Below, piece after piece: positions 22,226-34,586 of a stretch of 49,028 nucleotides of DNA. Location of the stretch: assembly GCA_032718475.1 (NCBI GenBank), contig JAUCBJ010006521.1:1-49028 (forward strand), written 5' to 3'. The translations under genes and the position numbers were made by a program. The number at the start of each line of letters is the position of its first letter. The stretch's first letter is position 1. Origin of the DNA: Nemertoderma westbladi (taxonomy: Eukaryota; Animalia; Xenacoelomorpha). The notes below the pieces were generated by a model. It searched no databases and was not told where the DNA came from. It saw only the letters and a program-made list of their open reading frames with translations.

Positions 22226-24472
22226 ATGGATTCAACATCAAATTCACTTCCCAACTGGCCAGTTGGAATTGATCAGGACCACGGCATTGGTTCTCCTCCG
22301 CATCCAATACCGCAATCACCAGTGGATCACGAAGAAGGCATTGCATCTCCACCACAAAAATCACTTGGATCACCAGTAGATCAAGATGATCCACAAGAAT
22401 CACCTGGATCAACATTGGTCAAGGAAGATGGTAATCAATCAACATCTCCGATACAAAAATCACCTGGATCACCAGTGGATCAAGAAGAGGGTATTGCATC
22501 TCCGCTGCAAGAATCACCTGGATCACCACAAGCTCATGAAATCATGGGCTCTCCAGAGGAATCTCCCCCACTATATTCCCCAGTTTATGATTTGGAGGGC
22601 AGTCCAATTTCTCCTCAAGAATCACCAGAATCTACAGAACAATCACCAGAATCTCCACAACAATCACCTGAATCTCCACAACAATCACCAGAATCTCCAC
22701 AACAATCACCAGAATATCCTCACCAATCACCGGAATTTCCACAACAATCACCAGAATCTCACAAGGACAGCTCCCCAGAAAGGCCGCCTATTTATTCGCC
22801 TATTGGAGAAACCCGCTTCCAATATGATCAAACACATGACGACGAACAGCCTACGGACGCCATTATAGAAGCAGAAGGTATGGGGAGTCCGATTTCCCAG
22901 GACTTTTCTTCCCAAGACTCAGATAAAGTAGGGGATTCGGGAGTTCCGATGTCTCCCATATCTCCAGTTGCTGAAGATATAGAAGTGGAAGGAGATGATG
23001 ATGGCGATAATAAAGATAATAATCTTGAACAGTTAATAGAAGAAACTGTGGAGATGGAACCTGATGGACCAGATATTGAAATAGCTATGAAAGAAGAAAC
23101 TGAATCATTGCACGCGGTCGATGTTACAGATATCGACCGATCCAATGATGTTGCCGTTCACTCTAAACTTACCGAGAATGGAAATGACGACGATATGGAG
23201 GGAGAAACCCACGAGGTTGTCCCGGAAACCACCGGCTCAGACGACGAGTTTTCGTCTCGTCGAGCCAAACGTAAACGCGGAATAAGTTCGTCTGACGAAG
23301 GCGAAACCGCGGAGGATTCTAAACAGAAACAGAGCCGAGTTGCGCCTGGCGAGGAGGAGGAGGTTGATAAACCAGCGGGGACCGAGTTGGAAGCCGAGGA
23401 AGATAACCTCGACGATGACAAACTCTTTAGTTCCGACGACGACGGAGATGATAACGCTAAACATCAGGAAGTCGGTGAACTCATCGCGGACATATTCGGG
23501 GACAGCGACAACGAGGGAGAGCGAGATGAGGACGATGCCAAACCTATTGTAAAGGCGAAACGTTCTGACTCTGAGAGCGAAACCGACCTCTCGCATCTTT
23601 CCGACTTCGATAGAATGATGATGAAGAAGAAGGAGCAGCAGAGCGCATCGAGAAGACGCCGTCGGAAGGGAGACGGTGACCTAATAAACGACAACGACGA
23701 TCTTATAGCCTCGATGTTGCGACGGATGAGTGCGGTGGCTGCCGAGGACCGCGAAGCGAATGCGAACAAACAGGCGGCCACCCGGAAGATCAAACTCTAC
23801 CCATCGGTGATCGCTCAGCTCAACAAGTCGGACCTCCGGGGTTACCTACTGGACGCGGGATTGTTGAAGTACATGTCGGATTGGTTGAACCCGTTGCCGG
23901 ATCGGAGTCTGCCGCACGTAACGATCCGTTCCGGTTTCCTTGGGATCCTCGCGCAGATGAACTACGTAGACGCGGATCTACTGAAAACTAGTGGAATTGG
24001 TAAATCTGTTATGTACCTCTACAAGCACCCAAAGGAGACGCGAGATAATAAGATCCTAGCGGGGCGGATTATAAACAACTGGTCGCGGCCGATTTTCGGT
24101 GTTGAGATCGATTACAACTCGCTGTCTAAAGAGGAGCGAGAAGAACGCGACATCGCACAGAAGAAGCGTCGCTCTTCGGTTAGTCTGACCCCGTCGATGG
24201 GAACCGCGTTGGATGCTCCTAGCTCGTCCCACGTTGCCAAGCAGCAGAAAGAGATCCCCCGAGCGCGTGTCCCTGTTCCCTCCACTCGGGATTACATCGT
24301 GCGACCCCGGTGGAATCTCGATTCAGATCTCGCGAAGCGCTCCGTTCGGAAACGCGATCGCGATGTGCGTTTCCAGAAACACATCCGCGCACTACGAACT
24401 GTGCGCTCCTCGAAAACCGACAAGGAACACGCAGTTACTATTAGTATCGAGGGGAATAAAATGCGTTTGTGA
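22226..24472 (+). CDS. IWS1: Transcription elongation factor IWS1/Spn1, single-exon CDS
   Basis: 748-aa ORF with TFIIS-N-like core (WLNPLPDRSLP, LKTSGIGKSVMYLYKHPKET, INNWSRPIF), RARVPVPSTRDYIVRP and terminal ISIEGNKM; long SP-rich and acidic N-terminus. Confidence 0.95.
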   Translation: MDSTSNSLPNWPVGIDQDHGIGSPPHPIPQSPVDHEEGIASPPQKSLGSPVDQDDPQESPGSTLVKEDGNQSTSPIQKSPGSPVDQEEGIASPLQESPGSPQAHEIMGSPEESPPLYSPVYDLEGSPISPQESPESTEQSPESPQQSPESPQQSPESPQQSPEYPHQSPEFPQQSPESHKDSSPERPPIYSPIGETRFQYDQTHDDEQPTDAIIEAEGMGSPISQDFSSQDSDKVGDSGVPMSPISPVAEDIEVEGDDDGDNKDNNLEQLIEETVEMEPDGPDIEIAMKEETESLHAVDVTDIDRSNDVAVHSKLTENGNDDDMEGETHEVVPETTGSDDEFSSRRAKRKRGISSSDEGETAEDSKQKQSRVAPGEEEEVDKPAGTELEAEEDNLDDDKLFSSDDDGDDNAKHQEVGELIADIFGDSDNEGERDEDDAKPIVKAKRSDSESETDLSHLSDFDRMMMKKKEQQSASRRRRRKGDGDLINDNDDLIASMLRRMSAVAAEDREANANKQAATRKIKLYPSVIAQLNKSDLRGYLLDAGLLKYMSDWLNPLPDRSLPHVTIRSGFLGILAQMNYVDADLLKTSGIGKSVMYLYKHPKETRDNKILAGRIINNWSRPIFGVEIDYNSLSKEEREERDIAQKKRRSSVSLTPSMGTALDAPSSSHVAKQQKEIPRARVPVPSTRDYIVRPRWNLDSDLAKRSVRKRDRDVRFQKHIRALRTVRSSKTDKEHAVTISIEGNKMRL

Positions 24473-24887
24473 TAAAATGAAGTTTAAAAACTGTTAATTT
24501 ATTATTGCAATATAATTACATAGGAAAAGTGTTGGTTTCCTTATAGTTGAGTTTCATTATAAGGACAAAAAGTAATTCAGCGGTACATTATTATCACGTA
24601 ACTGAGAATCCGCACTGTGAATATTATTGTTGGTTATCTTCCCTTCTTCGGGACCAAATCAGTTTTTTTTAATAGTTACATTATTAGTTCGCCCCCCCCC
24701 CCCCCCCCCCCCCCCCCCATCCCCTTCCCTTTCCACTTTCGCCCCTTAAAGGTCACAACAACTGCAATGTATCATTCCTAGGTAGAAGTTCATTGGTGGG
24801 GTCGCTTAAGGTGAAAATCGTTAATTACCGGACAAAAGCATGAAAATGTCCCTATATATGTAAAAAATGTGTAGATTAATCTGAGTC

Positions 24888-25731
24888 TGTGTACCAAAAA
24901 AATCTAGCAACAGGGTCACTTTTTCATAGCAACCGGGTAAAATTGGTCGTTTCTGTTATTAAAACTCGCCATAAACAAAAATTACGATTATATAACTGGA
25001 TTTGTTTAAAAATATAAGTCTGTACGCGTTTCCATAACAACAAGGAGACCTTTCCCTGGCAGCCGCTCTATATTTAATGGAGTTATGATTGAAACTTGGG
25101 ATAATCAACCTATCTAGCAATAGAAGATGGTTAATAGTGATATTGGCGCTGATACACGTGGCCATATGCAACAGGGTGACCTTTCTCTAGCAACTGCCTG
25201 AAAGTGTAATTAAGATTGAAAGTGGAGATAAACAGCTAGCAATATAAGATGGTTAGAAGTTATATTGGAGCTGTGATGCACGTTTCCATAGTAACAAAAG
25301 ATGATATCCATATTTAAAAAATATTGATATAACTGCTAACCATCTTCTATCGCTAGACAGGTAGATTATCCCTCGTTTCAATCAGAATTACATTAAATAT
25401 ACAACGGTTGCTAGGGAAAGGTCATCTTGTTGCTATGGAAACTTGTATCATCCCCAATGTCACTACTGGCCATCTTCTATTGCTAGACAGCTTGATTATT
25501 ATCACAAGTTTCAATAATAATTAAATTACATTAAATATACAACGGTTGCTTGGGAAAGGTCACCTTGTTGCTATGGAAACGTTTACACGACTTCTATTTT
25601 TAAACCAACCCAGTTATAATCGTAATTTTCCTATATGGCGAGTTTCAATAACAGATACGACCAAAAGTATCCGGTTGCTATGAAAAAAGTCACCCTGTTG
25701 CTAGGGAAGTAGTCAATTTTTTTGGTACACA
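24888..25731. mobile_element. Palindromic (foldback/MITE-like) element built from internal repeats
   Basis: TGTGTACCAAAAAAAT..CTAGCAACAGGGTCACTTTTTCATAGCAACCGG..AAACTCGCCATA is mirrored by TATGGCGAGTTT..CCGGTTGCTATGAAAAAAGTCACCCTGTTGCTAG..ATTTTTTTGGTACACA. No clear TSD. Confidence 0.85.
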
Positions 25732-26076
25732 AGCTATACAACGAATACTTCCCAACCGTGGTTTTTTTTCAGAAAATTCCAAATTCAAATTACACAGGTT
25801 CAAGATAGTGCGGGTGGGGCGGAATGAACGCAAATTCGATCTCGGCAAATTCATATCTCGTTTCAATGTTAAATTATCAAGTAAAGAAAAGGAACAGGTT
25901 ACAGTGACAAATTAATCTATCCATAACAATAAACGAAAGTCAATAGCATTGGTTATAGTTTCATTTTTATGGTAATCAGCTGTTATTTGCGTCTATTTTC
26001 CCCTGGAGAAGGTGGAATTTTGAATGCGTCTCGCACCACCACCCCCCCCCCCCCCCCCCTCCCCCTCCCCTTTATC

Positions 26077-26787
26077 AAATTCTGACAGTTAACTTTGAAA
26101 GTCCTCAGCAAGTCTCTGATCGGATGAGCATAAGCTCAAAGGATGGTATACTTGAGCATGTGGACGACTTCTGTTACCTGGGATCATGGATCCGGAAGTC
26201 AGGTGAGGACCTTCGAATACGTAAGGGAAAGGCATGGGCAGCCTTGAATAGGCTTTCCAGGATTTGGAAGTCACCTAGAATTAATCGGAAACTTAAGGTC
26301 CGATTATTTAGAGCAGCAGTAGTTCCAGTACTCCTCTACGGGAGTCCATGCTGGGCTCTAACTGCTGAGGACACCAAATCTCTGGATGGCACATTCACAA
26401 GAATGCTACGCCGGGTACATTGTGTCAAGTACAATGCACACATCTCCAACCAGACACTATATAACATTGGAGGTGTCTCATTGGTTCCCCCAAGCTTGAC
26501 ACTAGAACAAAATCGCCTCCGCTTTGCAGGACATTGCTTTCGCCGTGAGGACCAGCCAGTGCATAATCTTGTACTTTGGCAGCCTCATGGAGTGAATAAG
26601 CATGGTGGACAGCCCATGACTTTCTTGAGACGCATCTTAAAGGACACTGGCCTTAAAGATGCGGATGATCTAGCAAATGTCATGGGTGATAGGGAGTTGT
26701 GGCGGTGCAATTTTGTTGACAAGCCGGCACAGCATTCTTAAAAATGCAGCTGCTATGCAGCATGCCGATCCTAGTAGTAGTAGTAGT
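26077..26787 (+). mobile_element. 5'-truncated RTE-like LINE with open ORF2 tail, (TAG)n tail and probable TSD
   Basis: VDDFCYLGSWI, KVRLFRAAVVPVLLYGSPCW, RLRFAGHCFR; ends in CCTAGTAGTAGTAGT; flanks CCCCTCCCCTTT(T)ATC at ~26062 and ~26788. Confidence 0.92.
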
Positions 26788-26883
26788 CCCCCTCCCCTTT
26801 ATCTAAAATTGTCGAACTGCATTTTTTCACGTAGGTTTATCATTCAGTTCACCATATCATTTTTTTTTAATTAATTTGTTTAA

Positions 26884-27555
26884 AATAATTATTTATTACA
26901 TGAGAAAAAAAAAGTAGAACTTTTTATTTCATTACTCTCGAGGCATTTTATTTACCGATCGTCAGCGAGATTAATAAAGGGTCGAGAGAATATTGAAAAA
27001 AATGTTCTACGTTTTTTTTCCCATGTAATACGTAATTTTATTCTTACATTGGTACTTTTTTGTTGCTAAATTCTGTAACAAAACATAGCGATATACTAGG
27101 CCTACAGTACAGTTGTTTACAAAATAAATTGAACTGCAGTATTTTACTATATTGCTTCCATAGTATGTTGCCTTACTCAATGTTAAAATAATTTAGTGTT
27201 CTCGAATATTTATTACGTAACTAGAGAGCCGCTTAACTACATAAACCAATATTGGATATTGAGTTCCGTTTTGGAGTACGCGCGGAGACACTAAAGGCAA
27301 TAACTTTTGAGTGAGCGAATGGATTTTGCTCAAATTACTTTCAAACCTGTTCTACGTCGATGCTCTTTCACCACATGTAATAAAATTTAAAAATTCCACC
27401 AAAAATATTTTACTTTACTTTTTTCGCCGGGAAAAAAGTAAAATCAATGCATTCCTATTGATTACTTTTTTTCCCTAGGGTAAAAAGGGAAACTCTTTCT
27501 CCCGATTTTGGGGTATATTCGAGCGAAAAAGTGACAATTTTAAGAGTAAAAACAA
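26884..27555 (+). repeat. ~670-bp interspersed repeat, copy 1 of an inverted pair
   Basis: Aligns by eye in reverse with 31686-32369; its first ~140 bp form their own inverted repeat (TATTACATG..GTAGAAC / GTTCTAC..CATGTAATA). Confidence 0.9.
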
Positions 27556-29012
27556 TTATTAATAGGCCTAATATGTGTCATGCCGATCAAGATAGTGAGC
27601 TGTCTGCACTCAAAAAATCGGAAAGGGATTTTTCAATCGTTAAGCGTAAGTATATAATTGTACACTACTACGAACTTATTAAAAAGTATCAATGTTAGTT
27701 TGATATTTGTGAATGAAGATTCATGCGGAAATAGGTGGTTTGTCTAATATATTATTCCTCATATTTTTTTCATTACATTTTACTCACAAGGTAAATAACA
27801 CTCGGGCTATGGTGGCCCTGAGAGGCCAGTTTAATCTTTCTTGTTTCCCCGGCTTTTACAAACTCATTCGAACCACTTTACAAAACTCGGGGTAAGAAAT
27901 ATAATCAACAGTTTCTATACCAACAAACTAATCCAATCAATCAAATCAAGTTTGTTTCCACAATTTAGCTAGCGAATTGAGGCTGTTGTCTCCTTGATAA
28001 TCGATTGAATCGAATCTGTACAGTTAGTTAATTAATGTAGAATATTTCGAGATATCGTTTATTTATGTTTCTAAGGAAACTGTTTCACTTCATTTTGAAA
28101 TTTGTAGATCCTGAAGGCGTAAAGGCCTCAGAAAAATCCTTCATCGACGAACGCGATACCCTAAACTCTAAAAGTTCTAATCACCGGTTCATATTGATGT
28201 ATATGATAAGTTATAGCTTATGCCTACCGCTATATTAGTAGTCTATGATAAGTTGAAGCTATTCCTGTGGATTCCCAATTGACGGGTTCTCAGGGACCTC
28301 GGGTCCTCTCGTCGAATATGTCTTGCGGAGTAACAAAGATCCTAAAATTGTTGTTGGATCAATGTTCATGAATTATATAATAACTTACTTAATTAGAGTT
28401 GATGTCGGAGCGAAAATATTATTACTAAACGCCACAAAGAACTGCGGTGGAGTTGTATCGATTCACGGCGAAATAATTATATAATAACAGGAAGTTTCGG
28501 ATATAATACTAGAATTTCGCGATTCTGGAGGGATTTGAGATCTAATGTTGTTCAGTTTCTGATAGATAGACATATTATTCTAAAGTGGGTTTTATAATAC
28601 AACCAATCCTATCCACATTCAAACAGCAAGTTTTTTTTTTGAACTAATACAAACAAAAAAGCTAAACTTTTTTATGCAGAACTGGAACACACACAGAATG
28701 CGACGTAACCGCAAGATAGATTATGTTTATTATCCTTTTGAGCTTATACTTTACTTTGCAGTTGTCTATTAAAAGCATAGGTTGTGGACCCAGATCCATT
28801 AATTAACAGTTATCCAATCTGCCACACAATTATTATGCGTAACCCCGCACGCTGTTCAAGTACCATCAGCAGCCGCTGCACTCCATGAGCTCTACAAGAC
28901 ATATTTATTCTATATGGGTCGCCCTTAAATTAAGTAACGGTTTATCTAAATCATTTACCGCTCGTATAGGGGCTACTGCAGGGTCGTTCACACACTGCCC
29001 CCACTGGCGGAT

Positions 29013-29243
29013 TCGAACGAGTTGGCAAAATGATAATACCCGTTTCTTCTAGCAAGTTTATCATTATTATTGTACAAATTAATTATGGAGTCGAACGAGT
29101 TGGCAAAATGATAATTCCCGTTTCTTCTAGCAAGTTTATCATTATTATTGTACAAATTAATTATGGAGTCGAACGAGTTGGCAAAACGATAATTCCCGTT
29201 TCTTCTAGCAAATTTATCATTATTATTGTACAAATTAATTATA
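29013..29243. repeat. 78-bp tandem repeat x3
   Basis: TCGAACGAGTTGGCAAAA starts at 29013, 29091 and 29169; preceded by GGGTCGTTCACAC (28981), which resembles a PIF/Harbinger-type terminus. Confidence 0.9.
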
Positions 29244-29882
29244 TTAATAATTAGTAATAATATAATGATAATAAATAATTAGTACAACAATATAATGATA
29301 AATGGGACAGGAAAAACGGGTAAAGTAAATTTAATTAATATAAACTTGACAATTTATAAGTGTTTTCTTGTTAAAAATTAGATTCAGTTTTAAAAATAAA
29401 TATTGCGGAAAATATGAACAGCTGCCCGGTGGCCATAGTCTACTGCGCTGGATCAGGTCAGTTTATGTTTTATTTGTACTTTCAAAACACATTTGAACCA
29501 TGTAAACAATAATTATGATACTTTCTGAGTCATTCAGTATTAATTCACTTGAAGATTCAGTTTAAAAAATTGAAGTTACACAGTCAAATCGAAAAGTTTT
29601 ACAATGATTTTCATGGAACAAACTTTAAAATAAAACCCTGGGGAAACGAGACACTCCCAGTACCTCGCGCTTCCGTTCCCACAGCTCCTATCATGGCCAA
29701 TTAAGTAAATTCGGGAATGGAGGGATCGGCCTACAGATTGTCCGCCGTGTTGCTCAATGTAAGTCAGGCGGTCACAACCTCTGGTGGTGGTGGTTTGGGA
29801 CATATAACATATCCTCAGGTACTACGTGAAACCAATTCTGACATATTAGCAGTAGCATAATTGTGGCCAGTCGTTCCAATTA

Positions 29883-30716
29883 TCAGTTACTGCAATGAGG
29901 TAAATACCCCCGGCAATTGAGTTCCCTACACAAACACGCGGTGGCGCTGAGATTCTGACCACCATCTCCATGGCTGTAATCATACGAGAGTTCCTCGAGA
30001 TGGTTGATATCGCGAACAGCGAATAAAGCAAACCGCGGAACCATGCAACCTACCCGCACAGGAACCACTCGTAGGTTCGGGGCACAGCTGTGGTTTATGT
30101 ACCGCGCGTGGTTGCTATGGATACTAGTGGCATCTACCTTAGTGACAGACCATAGCCTGTTGTCGTGAGTATATTCCCGAACAATCAGTTTGTAATTGGA
30201 TTGGGAACGAGTTTGTTCAATAGGAGCAGGTAATAATGTTCCATTGTGAGTGGTCAGTTCAATTGACGATGTATTATCACCTAACTCGTTATTATCCAGG
30301 TCCTCTATCGATGTTGAATTCCCAATGGCCTCCTGATTGGTCAGTTTTATCGTACTTGTAACACCACTGTACTCACATACGAATTGTCCCTCATGTATAT
30401 GAGTCAAAGTTATCAAACCGAACCCCTTCCCTTGGGTTTCGACGATTTCAAGAGAAGAGTCGATCGTACGCCCCGTAGCGACCACATTGTTTTTGCAGCC
30501 GACACAACCACAACGCTCGGTGCACTCAAATATGGGGCTGTCTGGGGTGGGTATGCGTAAAGCGCCATCTAGCGTGTAGGACGAGTAATTAGTTCCTGAA
30601 AGGGAGGAACACGGGCAGCCAATCAAACAGCCCGTATCTTGGCAACAACACTCTTGGTCTATTAACTCCATATCGAAGTTTAACTCAACACCTTCGTTTT
30701 CAATATTATAAGACAT
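29883..30716 (-). CDS. SETMAR-type histone lysine methyltransferase (pre-SET, SET, post-SET; no transposase), single-exon CDS
   Basis: Pre-SET cysteines (PIFECTERCGC..CKNNVV), GKGFGL, GQFVCEYSG, ARYINHSCAPNL..VPVRV, EELSYDY and post-SET CLCRELNCRGYLP. First ATG is at 30716. Confidence 0.9.
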   Translation of the reverse strand: MSYNIENEGVELNFDMELIDQECCCQDTGCLIGCPCSSLSGTNYSSYTLDGALRIPTPDSPIFECTERCGCVGCKNNVVATGRTIDSSLEIVETQGKGFGLITLTHIHEGQFVCEYSGVTSTIKLTNQEAIGNSTSIEDLDNNELGDNTSSIELTTHNGTLLPAPIEQTRSQSNYKLIVREYTHDNRLWSVTKVDATSIHSNHARYINHSCAPNLRVVPVRVGCMVPRFALFAVRDINHLEELSYDYSHGDGGQNLSATACLCRELNCRGYLPHCSN

Positions 30717-31685
30717 TATTACTATTATGTAAAAAAACAATATTATATAATTATTAATTTATGTGCGTTGAAACTCTACAAACTCGCCGATATAAGGATA
30801 TCCACCGGCCACATTTATAAACAATCTAATAGCTCGATAATGTACATGAATTAAAATATCCAACCGAACTGATATTACTTAAAGCTAATTACTCAACCCC
30901 TAACATAGACCCCATACCTAGTTTTACAATAAGATAATATATTCTTGTCTCCTTCAACTTATTGTCTCGTTAAGATATATAACACAACCACAATGTGCCG
31001 TAACATGAGCCAAATGCGAACAGGTTTCAACAAAAATTGAACGCCCCCCCCCCCCCCCCTCCCCTTTGTACCCAGTGGGTATTCTTAATCGCCCGGCACC
31101 AAATATTTGGCATGTCCTGAAAAATACTTTTATTCAAGTGTGCCAGAGCTGTTAAAAAAAAACCAGGTGGGAATGTTATATATAAGTATAATAGAATGAA
31201 AAAAAACGTTAGTCGGCTTGTAACAGAAGTCCATATAAAATAAATAAATAATTTAGAGAGATTTCCTGCTCATCTCCTACACTTACTGACATTTACGGAA
31301 CTATTACTAAGTCATCTAGGTTACTGTGACTGGGTTGTGGAGATAATTCCGACCGAATTTACGATAATTCCGATAACTTTTGTGAATAGGAAATGTCCCA
31401 CTTAGCGGACAGTAATTCCCTCCATATTATATTCGACATATTATTTCAGTTTCCATTTTACATGATTACCGTTATCCTTGTGATGTTTATCAAATTCACT
31501 TATTTTTCATCAAATTGACGTTTTTTTCGTGAATATCAAGTATTTATGTTACATTTATATTATATTTATAATTATTACCACAATTTCCAGTGGCAACCCT
31601 GTAGCAATTGAGAATTGAATCCAATATTTACAAAAACCTTAGATATTATTAGATTAGATATAAAAACCAAAAGATAATGTTATTA

Positions 31686-32369
31686 GATTTTTATTCTTAA
31701 ATTGTTACTTTTTCGCTCGAATATACCCCGAAATCTGGAGCCCTTTTCTTCCCTAGTAACCCATGGGATTGCATTGATTTCACTGTTTTCTCGGCGAAAA
31801 AAGTAAAATATAATATTTTTGGTGGAATTTCTTATTTTTATTACATGTGTTGAAAGATCATCGACGTAGAAAAGGTTTGCCCTTAATTTGAACAAAATCC
31901 ATTCAAACACTCATAAGTTTATTGCAACTTTAGTGTCTCCGCGGCGAACTCCAAAACGGAACTCAATATCCAATATTGGTTTATGTAGTTAAGCAGCTCT
32001 CTATTTACATAATAAACATTCGAGAACACTTAAATTATTTAACATTGAGTAAGGCAGTATCAGGAGTTTGTTGAAGAGTGCAATAATTTGAATTGCAGTA
32101 ACTATGGAAGCAATATAGTAAAATACGACAGTTCAATTTATTTTGTAACAATACATCGCTCTATAATTTATTAAAGAATTGAGCAACAAAAAGTACCAAT
32201 TTAAGATTAAAATTACGTATTACATGGGGAAAAAAACGTAGAACATATTTTTTTCCATATTCTCTCGACCCTTTATTAACCTCGCTGACGCTCGGTAAAT
32301 AAAATGCCTCGAGAATAGTGAAAAAAAGTTATACAAAAAAAGGTTCCCATGTAATATATAATTATTGTT
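31686..32369 (-). repeat. ~680-bp interspersed repeat, copy 2 of the inverted pair
   Basis: Reverse complement of 26884-27555 with substitutions and indels (e.g. CTCCAAAACGGAACTCAATATCCAATATTGGTTTATGTAGTTAAGC). Confidence 0.9.
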
Positions 32370-32987
32370 TTTAGTTAGTATATTTTGTTTGTTTATATTT
32401 GGATCGGTATTTTGGAACAATAAATTTTCAAAAATAGGAATTATCACAAACTCGTATCAGAGTAAGGGAAAGTATTGAAAAATGAACATAAACAGAGGAG
32501 GGGGTAGGGGGGTGGGGGGGGGGGGCTATTGGCGTGAATTGGCTAATCCACATCAATCACAATGTTAAATTATCAATTAATGGAAAGGTACTGAAGTACC
32601 AGGTTGCACTGACCTGTTATACTAATTAAAACAATAAACAAGTGTAATAGCAATAGCAAATGACTTACCGTACAATTTGATTTTTGTATCAATTTGCAGG
32701 TTTTTATATTTTTTTCTAATTTATATTATTTTTGGAAGTGTTTAATTGTCTCCGCGTGTCAGCAGTCCCGACCCCACACACCCCTGCTGTCTATGTCTGT
32801 CTGTAAACAGTAAGTTAGAATGCGGACTAAATAAATAACATTAATGAAAAACATTAATATACAATGATTCAGCGTTTGAAGTCTACTTACTAAAAGTTAG
32901 CACATTATGACATTTATGATGTTACGGTTATAAAAGTTGAATATTAAAAAAAAAGTAGAGACTGGGAAATCCGACTGACTGACTAAT

Positions 32988-33479
<492 letters not shown>

Positions 33480-34586
33480 CTACAATATTCCTCAAATTTC
33501 GAGAACCGATACGAGTAAACTGGTGGGCCTACTGTGGTAAAAAGAAAGGCTGCGGTCTGACGGTAGTACTTCCGGTACCGGGTAGCCTAATTAAATTACG
33601 ATATAGGCCTACTCAGCTACTGGCTGACCAGTAGTAGAGCCTTGGGCTTGGGGGCCTAGTACTGGCTATACTGGTGATAGATCAGGAGGTCCGTTGATGG
33701 GTTTTCGGTCGTTAGGCCAACGCTCTCGCTGCTACCGATACATATGGTACCAGCTAAAGTAAAGCGCGGAAGTTGTAAGCTGTAAGGTCTACAGACAGCA
33801 GCAGAGATAATCATATACCGGTACCAGTACTGCAGTATACGGTACAGACAGACTGACAGACAGACAGAGTTGACAGAAGGCCTTGTCTTGTGTTTTACAT
33901 AACCTAGCTAACTCCGTACACCATACATGTCAGCGGCTTTGTGTGGAATCAGGCTTTTTTTTTAAAAGCCTAGGCTTTCTTTAAATTCTAAACATTACCT
34001 AGGTTTTTTAAACAAAGACTGATTCATTAGACTATTTTTAGCATATGCTCTAAACCATTCTGAATCAAGAAAAGACTCACAACGGGTGGCCCGGGGATTT
34101 TGGGCTGTGATTGTTGTAGTGGCGCAGAGTAGCGTCAAGTGTGCGACGATGAGGTACGGATGTCGAAATGCTGATAGAAAGTGCAACTCGCGCTGTCATA
34201 TAAGTCGAACACATGTAATAATAAGTAGGCGTAAATAGGCGGATAATACTGTAGTTGGGGTTATGGACAGTTGGATGGATGATGGTGTGATAATGTCATA
34301 ATGTGTGATAGTGTCACATATCTGCCTGTTTTTTAATGCCCCAATTATTGTTATCAAAATTTGCCGGTTTTATTTTAATGCTCTAAATATTTTACATATT
34401 CGTTTGTCACTTAATTTTCCGTTTTAAATCCCTAATTATTTATTTTGCTTATATTAGTTGATCACGAATTTGTCTATTTTGATACTTTTCGACACGCAAT
34501 AAAATTACAACGATCACGAATTTGTCTATTTTGATACTTTTCGACACGCAATAAAATTACAAACTGCATTGTCAATTTGTAGTAAT

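Noticed and set aside
27900-28560. Coding-like patch inside the inverted-repeat bracket, considered as a transposase relic
   Set aside because: The frames I translated contain stops and no recognisable motif; it cannot be supported without a search.
29576-29803. 75-aa ORF downstream of the SET gene, considered as a SETMAR-like transposase fusion exon
   Set aside because: No mariner HTH or DDD motifs, and the SET ORF has its own stop at 29883.
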